Part shown: positions 62,031-64,000 of the stretch, one piece after another | How the letters are laid out: each line of letters begins with the position of its first letter | How positions within the stretch are numbered: position 1 is the first letter of the stretch | Notes under the pieces: model-generated | The model's database searches: none | The model's input: the letters and a program-made list of their open reading frames with translations, nothing else | What the model was told of the DNA's origin: nothing | Made by a program: the position numbers and the translations under genes | Assembly: GCA_019056785.1 (NCBI GenBank) | Contig: DXJV01000025.1 | Location: 20,613-84,612 of the forward strand | From: Candidatus Heimdallarchaeota archaeon | Lineage (GTDB): Archaea > Asgardarchaeota > Heimdallarchaeia > JABLTI01 | DNA length: 64,000 nucleotides | Reading direction: 5' to 3'

Positions 62031-62150
62031 TTCCGGGATCGGACGAGTCCGGGTGTTACCCTCCAGCTTTGACCGCGTCACAACGCAGCTCAATGATGTT
62101 CCCGAACGATCGCTCAGATCAGTAATTATCATTACGTATGGAGGCTTAAC
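62031..62150 (-). rRNA. rrf: 5S rRNA gene, circularly permuted (canonical 3' half 62150-62080 precedes canonical 5' half 62079-62031)
   Basis: Re-ordered sequence GACGCGGUCAAAGCUGGAGGGUAACACCCGGACUCGUCCGAUCCCGGAA|GUUAAGCCUCCAUACGUAAUGAUAAUUACUGAUCUGAGCGAUCGUUCGGGAACAUCAUUGAGCUGCGUUGU is 120 nt, has archaeal 5S motifs, and can form helices I-V. Confidence 0.93.
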
Positions 62151-62192
62151 TTCCAGCGATGAGTTCCGCAGTATTGTTGGTTTTGCCTTCAC

Positions 62193-62210
62193 TATTTAAA
62201 GTTTCCCTCT
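62193..62210 (-). promoter_or_regulatory. BRE/TATA promoter for the 5S precursor
   Basis: Minus strand AGAGGGAAAC-TTTAAATA. The TATA box lies about 25-30 nt upstream of the start of the flanking stem (~62170-62167). Confidence 0.75.
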
Positions 62211-62280
62211 TTTTGGGAAAATGAAAGAAAAATGCTTCTTATAAAAGAGCACTCTTAAGAAGCAAAAAACAATGCTTTTT

Positions 62281-62523
62281 CTATGCTTGTTTTTTAATGA
62301 AATAGTGATTGCAGCCATCTTCTTCAAAGACACCCAAGAGCTCGTTCCCGGTTCGATTGCACCAACGTGGGAAATCTTCTTTAGAGCCGGGGTCGCTTGA
62401 AAGGACCTCTAAGACTTGTCCCATCTCCATAGTTTTGATCTGCTTTTTGGCTTTCAAGATTGGCAATGGGCATTGTAGACCTCTTGCATCAAGAGTGACG
62501 TCAGTCTTTGGTTTTTCAGTCAT
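62281..62523 (-). CDS. tusA: Sulfur carrier protein TusA/SirA family
   Basis: LDARGLQCPLP, DPGSKEDFPRWC and YFIKK motifs. Confidence 0.93.
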   Translation of the reverse strand: MTEKPKTDVTLDARGLQCPLPILKAKKQIKTMEMGQVLEVLSSDPGSKEDFPRWCNRTGNELLGVFEEDGCNHYFIKKQA

Positions 62524-62536
62524 TTCTATATCACCT

Positions 62537-62956
62537 TTAAATGAATAATTGAATATCACAATCGGCAGCTATATCCAAAAAGCCAGCAGCACCCATGTAG
62601 CCTGTGACTTCAGGAATAAGATCCTCTTTTTTAATATTCATTAAGTCCATCGTTGCGGTGCAAGCATAAAATCGAACGTTTTCGGTTTCGAGGGTTAATT
62701 TAAGAAGTTCTGGTAAGGAAGCAATTCCCACCTTCTTGATTTTTCGTTTCATCATGCCAGTGAATGGGCGCATGATGCCTGGGAGCTTTGTTTTTTTCAA
62801 GCCATTCTTCTTAAGTAAATTTAATCCCCAAAAAGTGAAGAAAATATCGACCTCCATATCTGATGCCCCACCTGCTGAGGCAAGCATCAAGGGGGGGTAT
62901 GCTTTGTCTAATGTTCCAGAATGAACGACAATTGCCATTTTTTTGGTTTCAGCCAT
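62537..62956 (-). CDS. DsrE2-type (DsrE/F/DrsH-like) sulfurtransferase
   Basis: SGTLDKAYPPL, FFTFWGL, YACTATMDL and GAAGFL motifs. Confidence 0.9.
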   Translation of the reverse strand: MAETKKMAIVVHSGTLDKAYPPLMLASAGGASDMEVDIFFTFWGLNLLKKNGLKKTKLPGIMRPFTGMMKRKIKKVGIASLPELLKLTLETENVRFYACTATMDLMNIKKEDLIPEVTGYMGAAGFLDIAADCDIQLFI

Positions 62957-63115
62957 TTAATATCAACTCAGAGAAAGATTAGTGAAACATAAAAAAAGGC
63001 TCTTTTTTAAATATGTGCGTTAATTTTCTAAAGTTAATTTGGGATTTATTTTTTAAACCGATGTATTTAAACAACAACACTGGTAAGAAAAACCAACAAC
63101 TTAAAGGTGAAAATC

Positions 63116-63481
63116 ATGGGAAAAATTGCTTTTCTATTGATGACTTCTCCGTACACCTTTCAGAATTCAGATACAGTCATTAAACTGGCACAAGCAGCTT
63201 TGAAGGCAGGTCATGAAGTAACAGGTGTTTATCTCTATACGGATGGAGTTTATAACGCGGTGAAAGCTATAAAACCGTCAGATGATCGAGATAGAAACAT
63301 TGCGGAGCTTTTCGGTGAATTGATCGAAAAAGGCATTCCAGTTGTTTCTTGTCCAATATGCGCCCAATACAGGGGGGTGCAAGCTGAAGAACAGCTTCTT
63401 AACGGCTCAAAATTCGATGGGTTAGGAGCCCTAAGTGAATTTGTAGAAGAAGCCGACAGGATTTTAATCTTTACTTCGTGA
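63116..63481 (+). CDS. DsrE/TusD family sulfur relay protein
   Basis: TSPY, VYLYTDGV, SCPICAQYRGV and GLGAL motifs. Confidence 0.88.
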   Translation: MGKIAFLLMTSPYTFQNSDTVIKLAQAALKAGHEVTGVYLYTDGVYNAVKAIKPSDDRDRNIAELFGELIEKGIPVVSCPICAQYRGVQAEEQLLNGSKFDGLGALSEFVEEADRILIFTS

Positions 63482-63484
63482 GGG

Positions 63485-63850
63485 ATGGAAATGGAAAGAG
63501 TCTTGATAATTTTTAGAAAAGGTCCCTATGGTCATATTAATAGTTTGGAAGGCATTCGCATTGCCCAAGGACTCCTTGTGCTAGATGTTGAAGCCGATGC
63601 GGTCTTTATAGATGATGGAGTATTCAATCTTGTAAAGGACCAAAATCCCACCGGTATTGGTCATCATTCAGTAATGGGGGCTCTCGAAGCGATGCATAGA
63701 TATGACATTCCAATTTTTGCGTGCAAACAATCTATGCAAAAAAGAGGGCTAACGATTGAAGACATTGACCCAGCACTAGAAGTGAAAGTGATTTCCTTAG
63801 AAGAACTCAGCGACTTGCTATTGCAAGCCGAGGCAACAATTGCATTATAG
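63485..63850 (+). CDS. DsrF/TusC family sulfur relay protein
   Basis: KGPYG...EGIR, FIDDGVFNL.K.Q and SMQKRGL motifs. Confidence 0.88.
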   Translation: MEMERVLIIFRKGPYGHINSLEGIRIAQGLLVLDVEADAVFIDDGVFNLVKDQNPTGIGHHSVMGALEAMHRYDIPIFACKQSMQKRGLTIEDIDPALEVKVISLEELSDLLLQAEATIAL

Positions 63851-63865
63851 GAGGAACAGGAAAAA

Positions 63866-64000
63866 ATGATGAAAGTACTCTTTATTGCTTCAAAAAGCAT
63901 ATACACGTGTGCTGCTCAAACAACTTTGCTCGAAATTATAACAACACAAAAGGAAAAGGGAAATGAAGTTGGGATATTAATGATACACGATGCAACACTT
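63866..64000 (+). CDS. DsrH/TusB-like protein, 3' end runs off the window
   Basis: MMKVLFIASKS...NEVGILMIHDATL; third gene after the DsrE-DsrF pair; GGAGG RBS. Confidence 0.7.
   Translation, partial: MMKVLFIASKSIYTCAAQTTLLEIITTQKEKGNEVGILMIHDATL

Noticed and set aside
62031-62156. Idea that the permuted 5S is a remnant of two tandem normal 5S genes or a simple assembly artefact
   Set aside because: The halves total exactly one 5S, the flanks are non-5S and complementary to each other, BHB-rule cuts restore the conserved motif, and a TATA box and U-tract bracket the unit. A read-level check is still advisable.
61989-62199. ORFs 61989-62192 (-) and 62014-62199 (+)
   Set aside because: Both overlap the 5S rRNA locus and have no protein motifs; the RNA explains the elevated GC.
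63479-63487. DsrE TGA followed in frame by the DsrF ATG, as possible readthrough
   Set aside because: Both proteins are full length on their own and the spacing fits ordinary translational coupling.
1-64000. CRISPR arrays, tRNAs, 16S/23S rRNA, transposases, integrases
   Set aside because: No regularly spaced repeats, cloverleaf motifs, long GC-rich rRNA tracts or mobile-element motifs were seen by eye. A tRNAscan-SE or cmscan run would be needed to exclude unusual RNAs.

Overview
Low-GC archaeal chromosomal window, very likely from an Asgard archaeon (Heimdallarchaeia-like, inferred from gene content: Gar1, SRP19, archaeal Cdc48, an ESCRT-III/Snf7 protein, longin-like and V4R/Bet3-like proteins, GGTGA-type ribosome-binding sites). 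Most of it is housekeeping and metabolic genes: purC, cysS, uppP, peroxiredoxin, ABC exporters, a ZnuABC-type system, TusA/DsrEFH, an M42 peptidase and an ADP-forming acyl-CoA ligase. It also holds two large REC-PAS-GAF sensors with no output domain and three damaged genes (degV, tldD/pmbA, trmB-like). The standout is a stand-alone, circularly permuted 5S rRNA gene on the minus strand at 62150-62031. The canonical 3' half comes first and the canonical ends are joined by a tetraloop. The new ends sit in an 11-bp flanking stem with a bulge-helix-bulge-like motif, and cleavage plus ligation there would give a 120-nt circle that restores the conserved CCGGAA-GUUAAGCC motif. A second point of interest is a cluster at about 36.8-53.8 kb: two paralogous ~1036-aa longin-domain proteins flanking a tandem V4R/Bet3-like protein (TRAPP-like), followed by a HerA/FtsK ATPase, Snf7 and Cdc48. 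All protein calls come from motif recognition by eye; no database searches were run.
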